64,000 bases of DNA from Polyangiales bacterium (GTDB lineage Bacteria; Myxococcota_A; Polyangia; Polyangiales; JADJQN01), in assembly GCA_964202905.1 (NCBI GenBank), contig CAXNJO010000003.1:224001-288000 (forward strand), in the 5' to 3' direction. The position numbers and the translations under genes are program-made. Shown piece after piece: positions 1 through 16,303 of this stretch (within the stretch, counting starts at the first letter, position 1; the number at the start of each line of letters is the position of its first letter). The notes beneath the pieces were generated by a model. It did not search any database, was not told where the DNA came from, and saw nothing but the letters and a program-made list of their open reading frames with translations.

Positions 1-2151
1 GATTCCCCGTGGAGTAGCTCGTGAGCGTCAGCGTTCCATCTCGACTCGACCGACACACCGTGTCGTAGCCATCGCGATGCACCCAGCACATCCGCAGATG
101 CCGTTGCCCGGCATCACTGCGGAGCGCTGCGACGAAGGCGAGCCCGACCGCTGAAGAGCCCGTTCCGGTCGCGTCCTGCTGCACGCTCGTCGTCATGCGG
201 GACCATGTGCCACTCCCCGTCTGCTGCCATCCCGTACGCACAAAGTCGGGGTCATTGGGAGCGTCGTCATTCGCGGAGTCGAACACATTCGCTACGAGCG
301 TCCAGCCGCCCCCTGCCGTCGTCATGTCGCAGTACATCGACACCGTCGGCACAGGCCCAGAGCCGTCCGGGTCGATCAAATAGATCCCGCTCGGCGAACC
401 GGGAGACATCGCAAGTTTGTCGCGGCACGAGCGTACAGCTTCACTCACACACACCGCGCTGCACCCATCGCCGCTCATCATATTCCCGTCATCACACGTC
501 TCGCCGCTGCCGATGATGCCGTCGCCGCAGCGCACGGCGCAGACACCGGTGTTGCAGCTCTGGCCACTTGCGCAGGGGATGCTCGTGAAGCCGAGTCCGT
601 CGGCGGTGCAGGCCTGGCGGGCGGTGGCGAGGCCCGGGGTGCAGAGCGCGGTTGCGGCGCCCGGGGAGCACTCGCGCGGGGTGCAGGTGCCGGCGCCCGT
701 GCAGGCGTAGCCGTCCGGGTCGGGGCCGGTGCAGGCGACGGACGAGGCGCCGAGGCCGTCGGCGTTGCAGAGCGCGCGGGTGTTGACGTCCGTGCAGCTG
801 TAGGTGCCCGGCGTGCAGGTCCACGGCGCGCAGACGCCCGCGGTGCAGGTCTCGCGCGAGGCGCAGGCCGTCGCGGTGCGGGCGAGTCCGTCGGCGTTGC
901 AGACGCTGCGCGTCGAGGCGGAGTCGCACGACGCGGTGCCCGGCGTGCAGATCCACGCGCCGCAGCGCCCCGTGCCCGGGCGTGCAGCTCTGGCCCGAGG
1001 GGCAGCTCGTCGTCGCGGTGTAGTCGAGGCCCGTCGGCAGGCACTCGCGCGTCGACGACGCGCTCACGCACTGCGCGACGCCGGGCGAGCAGATGCGCAG
1101 TCCGCACGCGCCGGTCGACGGATTGCAGCTCTGCGTGTCGGCGCAGGGCGAGGACGTCCACGCGAGGCCGTCCGCGGCGCAGACCTCGCGCGCGGTGAGG
1201 CTGCCCATCACGCAGCGGCCCGTGCCCGGCGTGCAGATGCGATCGAGGCAGGCGCCGCCGCTGCACGACTGCGCGGGGCCGCACGGCGTCGCGGTGTAAG
1301 CCGCGCCGCGCGCGTCGCACTCCTCGCGCGCGCCCCCGGCCGAGCAGCGCAGGCTGCCCGGGACGCAGGCCTGCGCCATGCACGTGCCCGCCGCGCAGTA
1401 GCGCCCGGCGCCGCAGGGCGTCTCGGTGCGCATCGTGCCCGTCGCGTCGCAGGAGAAGGCCACGAAATCACCCGTACAGCCCATCTCGCCGGCCGTGCAC
1501 ACCACCGCTGCACACGATGCCGAAGTGCCACTCACGACGCAGCGTGAATCCGTCGCGCACGACTCCATCGCTTCCATCGTGCCGTCGGCGTTGCAGCGCA
1601 GGACGGTGCGGTTGTCGGCGCTGCACGCCTCTTCGCCCGCGTCGCAGACGATCGGGTCGATCGAGACGCACTCGAAGCGCACGCACTCGAATCCACCGCT
1701 GCAATCGCTCGTCGTCTCGCACTCGCGCGCGGCGCACGCGCCCGTGTCCATGCGGCAGAACTCGTCGGCGTCGCAGGCGGCGTCTTCGCGGCAATAGAAC
1801 GCGCATGCGTTCGCCGTGCACTGCTCGTTGCGGCCGCAGTCGGCGTCCGCGCTGCATTGCACGCAGTAGTCGAGCGTCGCGTCGCACACGCCGAGCGGCG
1901 CCGTGCAGTCGCCGTCGCTCGCGCAGGTCGTGCGGCAGAAGCTGTCGCGGCACACCTCGCCACCGCCGCAGTCGCGGTTGCTGTCACAACGGTCCATCGA
2001 GAGCGCCGCATCGCGGCCGGCGTCGACGACACCCGCGTCGGGCGTCATCGCGGGCGCATCGTCACCGCACGCGGTGACGAGCGCGAGCAGAGCCGCAATT
2101 ACCCCCCCCCCCAAATCGCGAACTTACAAGGCTTTTTGGCATCGCGCGCAT
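1..2151 (-). CDS. Large Cys-rich secreted lipoprotein/adhesin with a DUF4215-like repeat and a C-terminal fibrinogen-like domain; frameshifted, runs off the window start
   Basis: Lipobox LLALVTAC and many CxxxxxC/CTPG repeats in ORF 492..2114. After a +1 shift near 976 the frame continues ...CGDGIIGSGETCDDGNMMSGDGCSAVC...SGIYLIDPDGSG...MYCDMTTAGGGWTLV (fibrinogen-like YCDxxxxGGGW). Likely start is ATG 2151 with GGGAG upstream, in frame only if the G11 run at 2102-2112 is G10. Confidence 0.75.
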
Positions 2152-2409
2152 CTCGGACTCCCGCTTTCGTGAACGCGCCGCAGGGCGGGCGCGTGGCATC
2201 GGCGCCGATGGTGACGTAGGGCGGCGCGGGGATGCAAGGGGTGCGTTCACCTTGGCGTTCTAAAGGAAACCGTGTTCGTGGCGCGCGCATGGCTGTCGCG
2301 GCGGAGCGGGCCGGGCCACTTGGCCATCCCCGCGACCGTTTGCCGTGCGTCATGCCCTGGGGAGCGCTTTCGCGGAACGCGCTACGCCAATGACGTAGCC
2401 TCTCTCGTC

Positions 2410-2692
2410 GTGTTTCGCGTCGGACGAGGCGAAGAGCCGCGCGAACCAGAAGAAGCATGGCCTCTCCTTCGGGGACGCCCGCGCGCTCTTCGAGACCGAC
2501 GACCATCTCGAGATCTTCGACCGCGATCATTCAGACAGCGAGGACCGCTTCCTCTCCAGCGGCCGCATCCGGGCCGGGATCATCACGGTCGTCTGGACGG
2601 AGCGCGACGAAGACGTCATTCGAATCATCGGCGCGCGTCGCGCCACAAAGCGCGAAGCCGCCCCATTTCTGCAGCACATGGAGAAGCGATGA
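2410..2692 (+). CDS. BrnT-family toxin (start codon out of frame, possibly degenerate)
   Basis: A frame missing from the ORF track reads FASDEAKSRANQKKHGLSFGDARALF...DHSDSEDRF...VVWTERDEDVIRIIGARRATKRE, typical of BrnT. Its TGA overlaps the next ATG (ATGA). Confidence 0.75.
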
Positions 2693-2979
2693 AGGACATC
2701 CCCGAGCTCACGGACGAACAACTCGCCTCCGCCATCCCCGCGCGGGTCCGCCGACGCCTCGTCGCCGGTCAGGTCGAGTCGGGCACGGACATCGTCGCGC
2801 TCCGCCGCTTCGTGGGGCTCACGCAGACGCAGTTCGCGGCGGCACTCGGCATCTCCGTCGCCACCCTGGGCAACTGGGAACAGGGCCGTCGCCATCCCGA
2901 AGGCCCGGCCCTCGCCCTGCTCCGCATCGCGGCGCGTCACCCACGCATCATCCGCGAGAACGCGCGCAACGCGGCGTGA
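2689..2979 (+). CDS. Xre/Cro-type HTH antitoxin or regulator
   Basis: MKDIPELTDEQL...LRRFVGLTQTQFAAALGISVATLGNWEQGRRHPEGPALALL is an HTH_3 motif; translationally coupled to the toxin. Confidence 0.85.
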   Translation: MKDIPELTDEQLASAIPARVRRRLVAGQVESGTDIVALRRFVGLTQTQFAAALGISVATLGNWEQGRRHPEGPALALLRIAARHPRIIRENARNAA

Positions 2980-3039
2980 GGGGGATGGGACACGAATGTG
3001 GGTCGGCGAGCGCGCGAATGCCGAATACCGAGCTTCGCC

Positions 3040-5626
3040 TCACCGTCCGCCGCGCTCACGCGGTGCGGGCGGCGCGGCGGTGCGCGGGTCTTCGGGCCAG
3101 GACTGGCGCGGATAGCGGCGCATGAGCTCTTTGCGGATGGCGGGATAGTGGCGAATCCAGAAGCCCGCGAGATCGGTGGTGACCTGCACGGCGCGTTGGT
3201 TGGGCGCGAGCAGGTGGAGGACGAGCGGGACGCGGCCGTCGAGCAGCTTCGGGCCCTCGCCGAGGCCGAAGAAATCCTGCAAGCGGGACGCGACGTACGG
3301 GCGGTTTGCCGGGCTCGTAGTGGATGGCCGTGCGGCGACCGCCGGGGAGCGTCACCTGCGCGGGGGCGAGGCGCTCGAGGCGCGCGCGATCCGCGGACGG
3401 TAGTCGCGCAGCGAGCGACGAAAGGAGGTCGGCATCGCGCAGCTCCGCGAAGCTCGTGCGGCCCTCGCACGCCTCGCGCAGCACTGCGATGAGCGCCGCA
3501 TCGTCGAGCGGCGGGAAGTCGGGGAGGTGCGACGCGACGAAGCCCGCGCGGCCGCGCAGTGCGGCGAGCGCGTCCACATCGACGAAGCGCGCGACGCCCG
3601 CGGCGAGCGCCGCCTCCGCGAGACAGCGCGCGACCTCGGGTGTGCGCACGTTGCCGCGGCGCGACTCGTCGAGCGCGATGGCGCCGTAGGCGAGGCCGAC
3701 GAGGGCTTCGACGCGCTCGTTCTTCGCGTCGAAGCGCGCCTCCGAGAGATCGCGGACGCGCTCGGGGAAGAGCTCGAGCACCCAGTCGGGCTCGACGCGG
3801 CTCGCCATGCGCACACGCGTGCGGCCGCGCTGCACATCGGCGTCACACGCGACGAGGAACGCGGCCTCGCGCACGCCGCATGCGTCGTCGATCGTGGCCG
3901 AGCCGCCGTCCGCGAAGACGACGTCGGCGGAGGTCGGCGCGACACGGCGCGCGACGCGATCCGGAAACGCCGCGAGCGTCGCGACGAGCAGCGCCTCTTC
4001 GTCGTCTTCGAGCGCGCGCGTCGGCTCGCGCGAACAACCGATCAGGCGGGCGAGTTGATCGCGGGCGCGCAGCGCAGCGAGCGCGGGCTGCGCGTCGAGC
4101 TCGTGCGCGCGCAGCCGTGACGGCGATGCGCCGAGCGCTTCGACCGCCTCGAGATCCGCGACGCGCGCGAGCAGATCGGAGTCGACCGTCTCGCGCGCTT
4201 CCTTGTTTGAATGGGACTTCGGGCCCCCTGCGGGCCCACCGAGCGAGGCGCGCGACGCGAGCCGCACGTCGCGCTCCGAGAGCAGCGCCGCCGCGAGACA
4301 GCCGCGTGCGCCCGCCCCGCGCGCGTGCGCCTCGAGCGCGAGCCGCGCCGCGCGTGGATGCACGGGGAGACGCGACATCAGCCGACCGAGAGGCGTGATC
4401 ACACCATCTTCGGAGATGGCACCAAGTCGTGCGAGCAGCCCGTCGGCCGCGTCGAGCGCGGCCGGCAGCGGCGCTTCGAGCCAGGGAAAATTCGCGAGAT
4501 CGCGCTCGCCGAGCGCGTGCAGCGAGAGCGCTGTTTCTGCGAGATCGAGGCGACGGATCTCGGGCGCCTCGTGGAGCGGCCGCGCATCGTGATCGGCGCG
4601 CGTGTAGAGCCGCACGCACACGCCCGGCCGCAAGCGCCCCGCACGGCCCGCGCGCTGCGCCGCCGCGGCCTGCGCGACCTTGCGCGTCTCGAGGCGCGAC
4701 ACGCCGCTCCACGGGGAGTGCGACGCGACGCGCGCGAGCCCCGCGTCGACGACGGCGACGACGCCTTCGATGGTGACGCTGCTCTCGGCGACGTTCGTCG
4801 AGAGGATCACCTTGCGCCGTGGGCCCGGACGCACGGCGCGATCCTGCGCGTCGGGCGGCAGATCGCCATGCAGCGGCACGAGCTCGAGGCCCTGCGCGCC
4901 CGCGAACTCCGCGAGCGCGTCGCCCGCGCGGCGGATCTCGGCCGCGCCCGGCAGAAAGACGAGCACATCGCCCATGAGCGCGGGCTCAGACTGCGCGCGC
5001 AACACGAGCCGCCGCACGGCCGCTGCGACTTGCTGCTCGAGCGGGCGGTCCTCGGTGCGCTCCGCGTGCTCGAGGGCGACGGGGAACACGCGCCCCTCGA
5101 CGCGGAGCAGCCGCGCATCGAGGAAGCCCGCGACGCGCTCGGCGTCGAGCGTCGCGCTCATCGCGATGAGCCGCAGATCCGGGCGCTTCCCCGTGCGCTG
5201 CAAGCGACGCAGCAGCGCGAGCGCGACGTCCGCGTGCAGGTGCCGCTCGTGCAGCTCGTCGAGCACCACGACGCTGACATCACGCAAGATGGGGTCGTTG
5301 ACGAGCCGCCGCGCGAGGATGCCCTCGGTGACGAAGCGCAGCCGCGTGCGCGCGCTCGCGACCTCTTCGAAGCGCACCTGAAAGCCCACGCGCCCGCCCG
5401 GCGCCTCACCGAGCTCTTCGGCCACGCGCCGCGCGGCCATGCGCGTCGGCAGGCGGCGCGGCTCGAGCACGACGATCTCACCGCCCTGCGCGAACCCCGC
5501 GTCGAGCAGCGCGCGGGGGACGCGCGTCGTCTTCCCCGCGCCGGGCTCGGCGACGAGCACGACGTTGCCCGCGCGCACCGCGGCGACGATCTCCGGGATG
5601 CGCGCGTCGATCGGGAGCGGCTGCAC
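3040..5626 (-). CDS. hrpB: ATP-dependent RNA helicase HrpB (one frameshift near 3300)
   Basis: [30 protein letters not shown] and QRAGRAGR motifs. The HrpB C-terminus (LQDFFG...[19 protein letters not shown]...[11 protein letters not shown]) is in ORF 3040..3282. Confidence 0.93.
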
Positions 5627-5644
5627 GCGCGTCGCCGCCCGCGT

Positions 5645-7321
<1,677 letters not shown>

Positions 7322-7543
7322 GGGCCGAGGCTTCTGCCACAAGCGGCCGCGCGTTTCTAGGGGTGGGGCAAGCGCGCGGGGCCCGTCGGCCGTGGCGGAT
7401 TGGGGCGTGGCGGCGCGCGGGCCCGTGCATAGATTCGTTGGCGCGGGACTTGAAGCCGCGGCAGGACGCCCTAACCTCGTCGTCGCAATCGAGGGCTGCG
7501 TCGAATCGGCGCGATCGCGCTGCGCAGCCCATTGAAGGAGAGA

Positions 7544-9097
7544 ATGTCGATGAATCGCTCTTATCTCAGTGGAATGTCTCTCACGAAGCGGATGATCACC
7601 GCCTCGCTCCTCGCAGGCGCGGGCCTCCTCGGCGCCTGCGGCGACGACGACGACACCCCGCCCCCCCCGCCCCCGGTCGACGGCGGCACGGACCTCGGCG
7701 GTGACGTCGATGGCGGCGGTGATGTCGATGGCGGCGGCGGCGGCGACACCGCGCAGATCCGCATCGTCCACGCCTCGCCGAACACGCCGGGCGTCGACAT
7801 CTACGCGGGCGACGCGACGACTCCGGCCGTCGACAACCTCACCTACCAGAACGTCACCGACTACGTGACGCTCCCGGCCGGCACGTACACGTTCAAGATC
7901 CGCGCGGATGGTACGGCGCCGACGAGCGATCCGGCGCTCACCGTCGCGGACTTCGTGCTCGCCGCGGGCGACAAGTACACGCTCGTCGCGGCCGGCTCGC
8001 TGACCTCGACGGACGCCGCGGACCGCCTCCGCGTCCTCCCGCTCAAGGAGGGCTTCGGCGCGCTCGCCATGGGCCAGGGCCGCGTCCGCATGGTGCACGC
8101 CGGCTTCAACGCGCCGACCGTCGGCGTGGACGTCGGCAACGACGGCACCGTCGAGATCGCCGCCATCGAGCGCTTCGCGGACACCGGTGCCGAGGGCGTC
8201 GCGCTCCCGGTCGGCGCCGCGCAGGTCGGCGTCGTGACGACGGGCGCTTCGCCCACCACGATCTCCTCGTTCAGCGCGGGCGTCGCGCCGACGGAGATCT
8301 TCGTCATCGCGACGGGTGACGCGACCGCGCACCCGAGCAGCGACAAGGCCTTCGGCCTGCTCGCCGTGACCCCCGCTGGCTTCCTCAGCTTCATCAAGCA
8401 GAACCCGCGCGTCTACGCGCTCCACGGCGGCCCGGACGCGCCGGCCGTCGACATCTTCGCGGGCGCGGCCGAGCTCGTGGGCGCCATCTCGTACGGCGAG
8501 CTCGCGGGCCCGCTCCAGGTGCCGCCCGGCGACTACACGCTCGACTTCTTCGCGGCCGCCCCCGGCACCGCGCGCCCCTCGGGCATGCCCGCCGCGTCGG
8601 ACACCGTCGCGGGCCTCGCGGCCGGCAACGTGTACCTCGCCATGGCGAACGGCTTCCTCGCGCCGGCGGCCGGTGAGCCCGCCTTCGAAGTCCTCGCGCT
8701 CGTGGACGGCTTCGACCGCACCGACAGCGCCAACGTCCGCCTCCGCGTCGTGCACGGCTCGCCCTCGGCCCCGGCCGTGACGGTCGGCGCCGTGACCGGC
8801 ACCGCAATCACCACGACGCTCGCGTCGAACGTCACCTACGGCGCGTCGACGGACGCCGCGGGCGCCTCGCTGCCGCCTGCGTCCTACACCGTCGGCTTCG
8901 CGGCCGGCATGACGACGACGCCCGTGCTCGCGCGCTTCACCGCGCCGCTCACGACGGCGAATACCCGCTTCTTCGCCATCGCGCACGGGAACTTCCCCGC
9001 TGCGACCATGACCCGTCAGGGCTTCGGCGTCTGGGCGATCGACGCGTCGAATCCCGGCGCTTGGGCGGCCATCTCGCTCCCGGTTCCTGGTCTGTGA
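7544..9097 (+). CDS. DUF4397-repeat lipoprotein
   Basis: AAGGAG SD and lipobox LLGAC. Four RxxHasPxaPxVD-type repeats ([58 protein letters not shown]). Confidence 0.85.
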   Translation: MSMNRSYLSGMSLTKRMITASLLAGAGLLGACGDDDDTPPPPPPVDGGTDLGGDVDGGGDVDGGGGGDTAQIRIVHASPNTPGVDIYAGDATTPAVDNLTYQNVTDYVTLPAGTYTFKIRADGTAPTSDPALTVADFVLAAGDKYTLVAAGSLTSTDAADRLRVLPLKEGFGALAMGQGRVRMVHAGFNAPTVGVDVGNDGTVEIAAIERFADTGAEGVALPVGAAQVGVVTTGASPTTISSFSAGVAPTEIFVIATGDATAHPSSDKAFGLLAVTPAGFLSFIKQNPRVYALHGGPDAPAVDIFAGAAELVGAISYGELAGPLQVPPGDYTLDFFAAAPGTARPSGMPAASDTVAGLAAGNVYLAMANGFLAPAAGEPAFEVLALVDGFDRTDSANVRLRVVHGSPSAPAVTVGAVTGTAITTTLASNVTYGASTDAAGASLPPASYTVGFAAGMTTTPVLARFTAPLTTANTRFFAIAHGNFPAATMTRQGFGVWAIDASNPGAWAAISLPVPGL

Positions 9098-9125
9098 GTA
9101 ACGCGTCTCCCACACGGGAGGCGTA

Positions 9126-9246
9126 ACCGACACGACGACGCCCGCTGCGGGAGACCGCGGCGGGCGTTTTCGCGTGTCGCGCTCCGGTGCCCGCGCCGCG
9201 ACGATGACCGACACGACGACGCCCGCTGCGGGAGACCGCGGCGGGC
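9126..9246. repeat. Two identical 40-bp direct repeats, each a GC hairpin with a GAGA tetraloop (terminator-like)
   Basis: ACCGACACGACGACGCCCGCTGCGGGAGACCGCGGCGGGC at 9126-9165 and 9207-9246, each followed by a T-rich tail, between convergent genes. Confidence 0.85.
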
Positions 9247-9311
9247 ATCTTCGTTTTTGCCAGAAATCGCGGCCGATTCGTAGCTCGAGGACGCGCGGAC
9301 TGAACCGCGAT

Positions 9312-13039
<3,728 letters not shown>

Positions 13040-13119
13040 CGCGGACCTCGGGTGGCGCGCGGCGGGATGCCGCGTGCGGCCGCGTCCAGGCGACTCGGCC
13101 GCAGGCGCGGCTATGTCAC

Positions 13120-13866
13120 TCAGCCGCAGGCGCCGCTAGTGCACATCGTGATGAAGTCGCACGCGGGTCCGGTGCCGCAGGTGCACACGCGGGCGGTGCA
13201 GCCGTCCGCTTGAGGCGTGCACTGCGCGCCACACGCGCCGCAGTTCGCGAAGTCGGTGTTCAGATCGACGCAGCCGGTGCCGCAGCACGTCTGGCCGGGG
13301 CCGCACGGCTCGAGTCCCGGCGCGGTCGAACAATCACACACGCCCTCGGGCGTGCAGACGTCCGCGCGATCGCGGCTCGCGCCGAGGCTCGCGCAGCCCT
13401 CGCAGCAGGCCGCGCTCTCGTCGATGCGACCGTTGCAGTCGTTGTCGCGTCCGTCGCACAACTCCGGCGCACCGGGCAGCGTGCCGAAGACGGGGCGCAC
13501 ATCCGCGCGCGCGTCGTCGCAGTCGCAGCGGGTGAGGTCGTCGCCGGTGCGGCAGGCGTTGATGCCGTCCATGTCCGTGTCGCCGCAGGGCGTCTCGCGA
13601 CCGTCGCAGTTCTGATCGATGCGGTCGCCGCAGATCTCGATCTGCGGGACGCAGGCCCCGCCGCCGTCGACGCCGAGATCGACGGGCGGCGGCGGCGCGC
13701 CATCGGGAAGCGGTCCAAAGTCGGTGGACGGAACACCACCCCCATCACCGCGGATGGTCCCTCCGTCGTCGTCATCCCCACAAGCCGCGAGCGCCCCGAC
13801 GAGCGCGACGCACGCGAACGCGAGTCGAATCCACGAGGTAGCGAGGACCGAAGAAACCGCGCGCAT
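13120..13866 (-). CDS. Cys-rich lipoprotein with MopE-like putative metal-binding motifs
   Basis: Lipobox [18 protein letters not shown] and [18 protein letters not shown] motifs; coupled to the upstream gene (TGATG). Confidence 0.8.
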   Translation of the reverse strand: MRAVSSVLATSWIRLAFACVALVGALAACGDDDDGGTIRGDGGGVPSTDFGPLPDGAPPPPVDLGVDGGGACVPQIEICGDRIDQNCDGRETPCGDTDMDGINACRTGDDLTRCDCDDARADVRPVFGTLPGAPELCDGRDNDCNGRIDESAACCEGCASLGASRDRADVCTPEGVCDCSTAPGLEPCGPGQTCCGTGCVDLNTDFANCGACGAQCTPQADGCTARVCTCGTGPACDFITMCTSGACG

Positions 13867-15476
13867 CAGCGGCTCCCCCGGCGACGCCGCACCACGAGGC
13901 CGAGCAGCGCGAGCGCCGCGAGGCCCCAGCCCGCCCCGCCCTGCGTGCGCGCCACGTCACAGCCGCAGCCCGTCGACGCACGCGTCGGCGCGCGACGCGG
14001 ACGACCGCCCGCGTCCACGTCCATCGGTACGCCCGCGTCCTCGCCGCCCGAGCCCGCATCGACGGGCGGCGGGGGCGGCGGCACGCCCGCATCCACCGCG
14101 GGGATCGGCACGCACTCGCCGAGCTCGCACTGCTCGCCGCGCGGACACACGGCGCCCGCGCACGCGTCGAGGCACGCGCCATCCTCGCAGTAAGTGCCCG
14201 GATCGCAGATGCGCACATCGCAGCCCGCCGACTCGCACGAACCGTCCGCAAGACACGTCTGGCCGGCCGGGCACGGATTGCAGGGACATTGCGCGACGCA
14301 GGCGCCATCCACGCAGACCTCGCCGCTGCCGCAGGTCAGGATGTCGCAGAGATCCGCGCAGCGGCCCGCGATGCACTGCTGATCGTGCGGACACACGATG
14401 CCGTCACAGGCGCCCACGCAAGCGCCGCCCGCGCAGCGCTCGTTCGCGGGGCAGGTCACACCGATGCACGCGATCTCCACGCACGATCCGGTGTCGGCGC
14501 ACATATACCCATCGGCACAACCCCCCTCGAAACAGGGCGGCACACACGCGCCCGAGACACAGACGTCGACGCCGGTGCAGAGGCCGCTGCCGTCGTCGAC
14601 GAGCCCGTTGCAGTCGTTGTCGATGTTGTCGCAGCGCTCCGCCGAGGGGACGCCGATGGGCGCGCACACGGTGTCGCGACCCACACACTGCGTGATGCCC
14701 ACGCTGCATGCGCCGACGCCGTCCGCGGCGCACGACTCGCCGGTGCCCGGGCAGACGACGCCGCCGCCACGCACGCTGAAACGCCAGATCCCCGGCTCAC
14801 CCACGTTCGAGTCGCTGCAGAGCGAGCGCGCGATGCCGGGCGCGCGCGAACCCGGGATTTCCACGAAGTTCACACGATCGCCCGCGTCGAAACCGGCCTG
14901 CGCCTCGGTGCCCCCGAAGCCGCGAACACCCATGCTCGCGTCGCCCGTCTCCCACTCGCAGCGGTTGTAACGGAACTCGACGTCGAAATCGCCGAGCCCA
15001 CAGCCGAGCGCCGCGGTGACGACGAGCTGGAAATCCATCTTCAAGTCGTCGTGGGTGTTGTAATAACCCACGTTGTGCCAGGTGATCTGCATGCGCCCCG
15101 GCGCCAGATTCCAGAACACGGTGTTGTTCGTGGGACCGCCGCCACCGCGCGTATCCACATCACCCCAATAGGGCGCGATCATCGGCTGCGAGGCGACCGG
15201 AAACGGATTGGGCGTATAGGTCGGGAGCGGACCGCCGAACGTGATGTTGCCATTGTTGTTGACATACATCTGCGAGTAGATGCCCCCGAAGAACCCAAGC
15301 CCACCGGGGAAGGAGCCCGTGATCGGGATGGGCGAAGAGGAGCCATCATCGTTCGTCGGCAAGATCCCGTCCCCGGGGCCCGGAACGAGCGGCGGGAGCA
15401 GCGGCACGGCGTGCGCGCGGAGACCGGGCGCGAGGGCGAGGATGACGACGGAAGCGGCGAAGGAAAGACGGCGCAT
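13866..15476 (-). CDS. Nidogen-like (NIDO) domain + Cys-rich repeats + MYXO-CTERM surface protein
   Basis: Signal peptide; NDDGSS...YVNNNGNITF...IAPYWGDVDTRGG...FQLV...WETGDAS (NIDO); C-terminus GCGCDVA...LALLGLVVRRRR. Confidence 0.85.
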   Translation of the reverse strand: MRRLSFAASVVILALAPGLRAHAVPLLPPLVPGPGDGILPTNDDGSSSPIPITGSFPGGLGFFGGIYSQMYVNNNGNITFGGPLPTYTPNPFPVASQPMIAPYWGDVDTRGGGGPTNNTVFWNLAPGRMQITWHNVGYYNTHDDLKMDFQLVVTAALGCGLGDFDVEFRYNRCEWETGDASMGVRGFGGTEAQAGFDAGDRVNFVEIPGSRAPGIARSLCSDSNVGEPGIWRFSVRGGGVVCPGTGESCAADGVGACSVGITQCVGRDTVCAPIGVPSAERCDNIDNDCNGLVDDGSGLCTGVDVCVSGACVPPCFEGGCADGYMCADTGSCVEIACIGVTCPANERCAGGACVGACDGIVCPHDQQCIAGRCADLCDILTCGSGEVCVDGACVAQCPCNPCPAGQTCLADGSCESAGCDVRICDPGTYCEDGACLDACAGAVCPRGEQCELGECVPIPAVDAGVPPPPPPVDAGSGGEDAGVPMDVDAGGRPRRAPTRASTGCGCDVARTQGGAGWGLAALALLGLVVRRRRGSR

Positions 15477-15607
15477 CCCGCGAGCGTATCCCCCAGAACG
15501 ACGCGGGGGAAGCGACACGGTCTTCCCAGAAACCCGGCGTCCGCGACACGCCCCCGCCGCGCGACGACCGCGACCTCCGCCCCGAACCACGCCCATCGGA
15601 CGAACGG

Positions 15608-16264
15608 CTATGGGCACGCCCCCCAGAGGCCGGCGCGGTCGTCGCGGGCGGCCTGCTCGTCGGCGGTGAAGAGCGCCTCGTAGGTGGCGTTGTCGCTGAA
15701 GATGAACTTCTTCACGAGGCCGCGGCGCAGGAGCTGGCGCTGGAGCATGTCGTTGTCGCCGCCGCCGAGGTGGGCATAGGCGAGCGTGCGGCCAAAACGG
15801 TCGAGGCAGCTGCGTCCGTTGCCGAAAGTCAGCCACACGTAGCGGCCGGAGAGGTTCATGCGGATGTAGTCGCGCGACTCGGCGGAATAGCAATCCGCAG
15901 GTGTCGGGTCGGGCGGATGCGCGAGCTCGGGCGCGTCGATCCCGATCAAGCGAATGTCGGTATCCGGCGCGCCGTCGAGGCCCGCGACGTGGAAGGTGTC
16001 ACCGTCGACGCCGCGGATCACCTGCACGAGCGCGGGCGCGTGACACGGTGTGTCGCCCTCGCGCAGCGGCGAAGGGTCGAGCGACATCACGCGCGCGTCG
16101 TCGAGCAAGAGCGGGCCGGTGAAGGGCATACCGCGCACGGGATCGTACGGCGCGCCGGCATCGACGGGCAGTCCGCCATCGACACCGGCGTCGAAGTTCG
16201 GCGCGCGGGTGTCGATGCAGGCGGTGAGGAGGAGGAGCGCGGCGGCGAAGGAAGCGATACGCAC
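15608..16264 (-). CDS. Thermonuclease (SNase)-family lipoprotein
   Basis: Lipobox LLTAC; VDGDTF, IRLIGIDAPE, DRFGRTLAY, LLRRGL and ARDDRAGLW motifs. Confidence 0.9.
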   Translation of the reverse strand: MRIASFAAALLLLTACIDTRAPNFDAGVDGGLPVDAGAPYDPVRGMPFTGPLLLDDARVMSLDPSPLREGDTPCHAPALVQVIRGVDGDTFHVAGLDGAPDTDIRLIGIDAPELAHPPDPTPADCYSAESRDYIRMNLSGRYVWLTFGNGRSCLDRFGRTLAYAHLGGGDNDMLQRQLLRRGLVKKFIFSDNATYEALFTADEQAARDDRAGLWGACP

Positions 16265-16303
16265 GGCCCCTCGAGGGTAGCCGATGCCCCGCGGGCGCGG
16301 GGA

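Noticed and set aside
2160..3040. Mobile element or prophage around the toxin-antitoxin pair
   Set aside because: No integrase, transposase, terminal repeats or phage genes were seen.
9126..9246. CRISPR array
   Set aside because: Only two repeats, no cas genes or AT-rich leader, and the hairpins have terminator-like T tails. Kept only as a repeat.
13040..13119. SAM, SAH or cobalamin riboswitch before metH
   Set aside because: The leader is only 80 nt and I could not recognise any conserved riboswitch motif.
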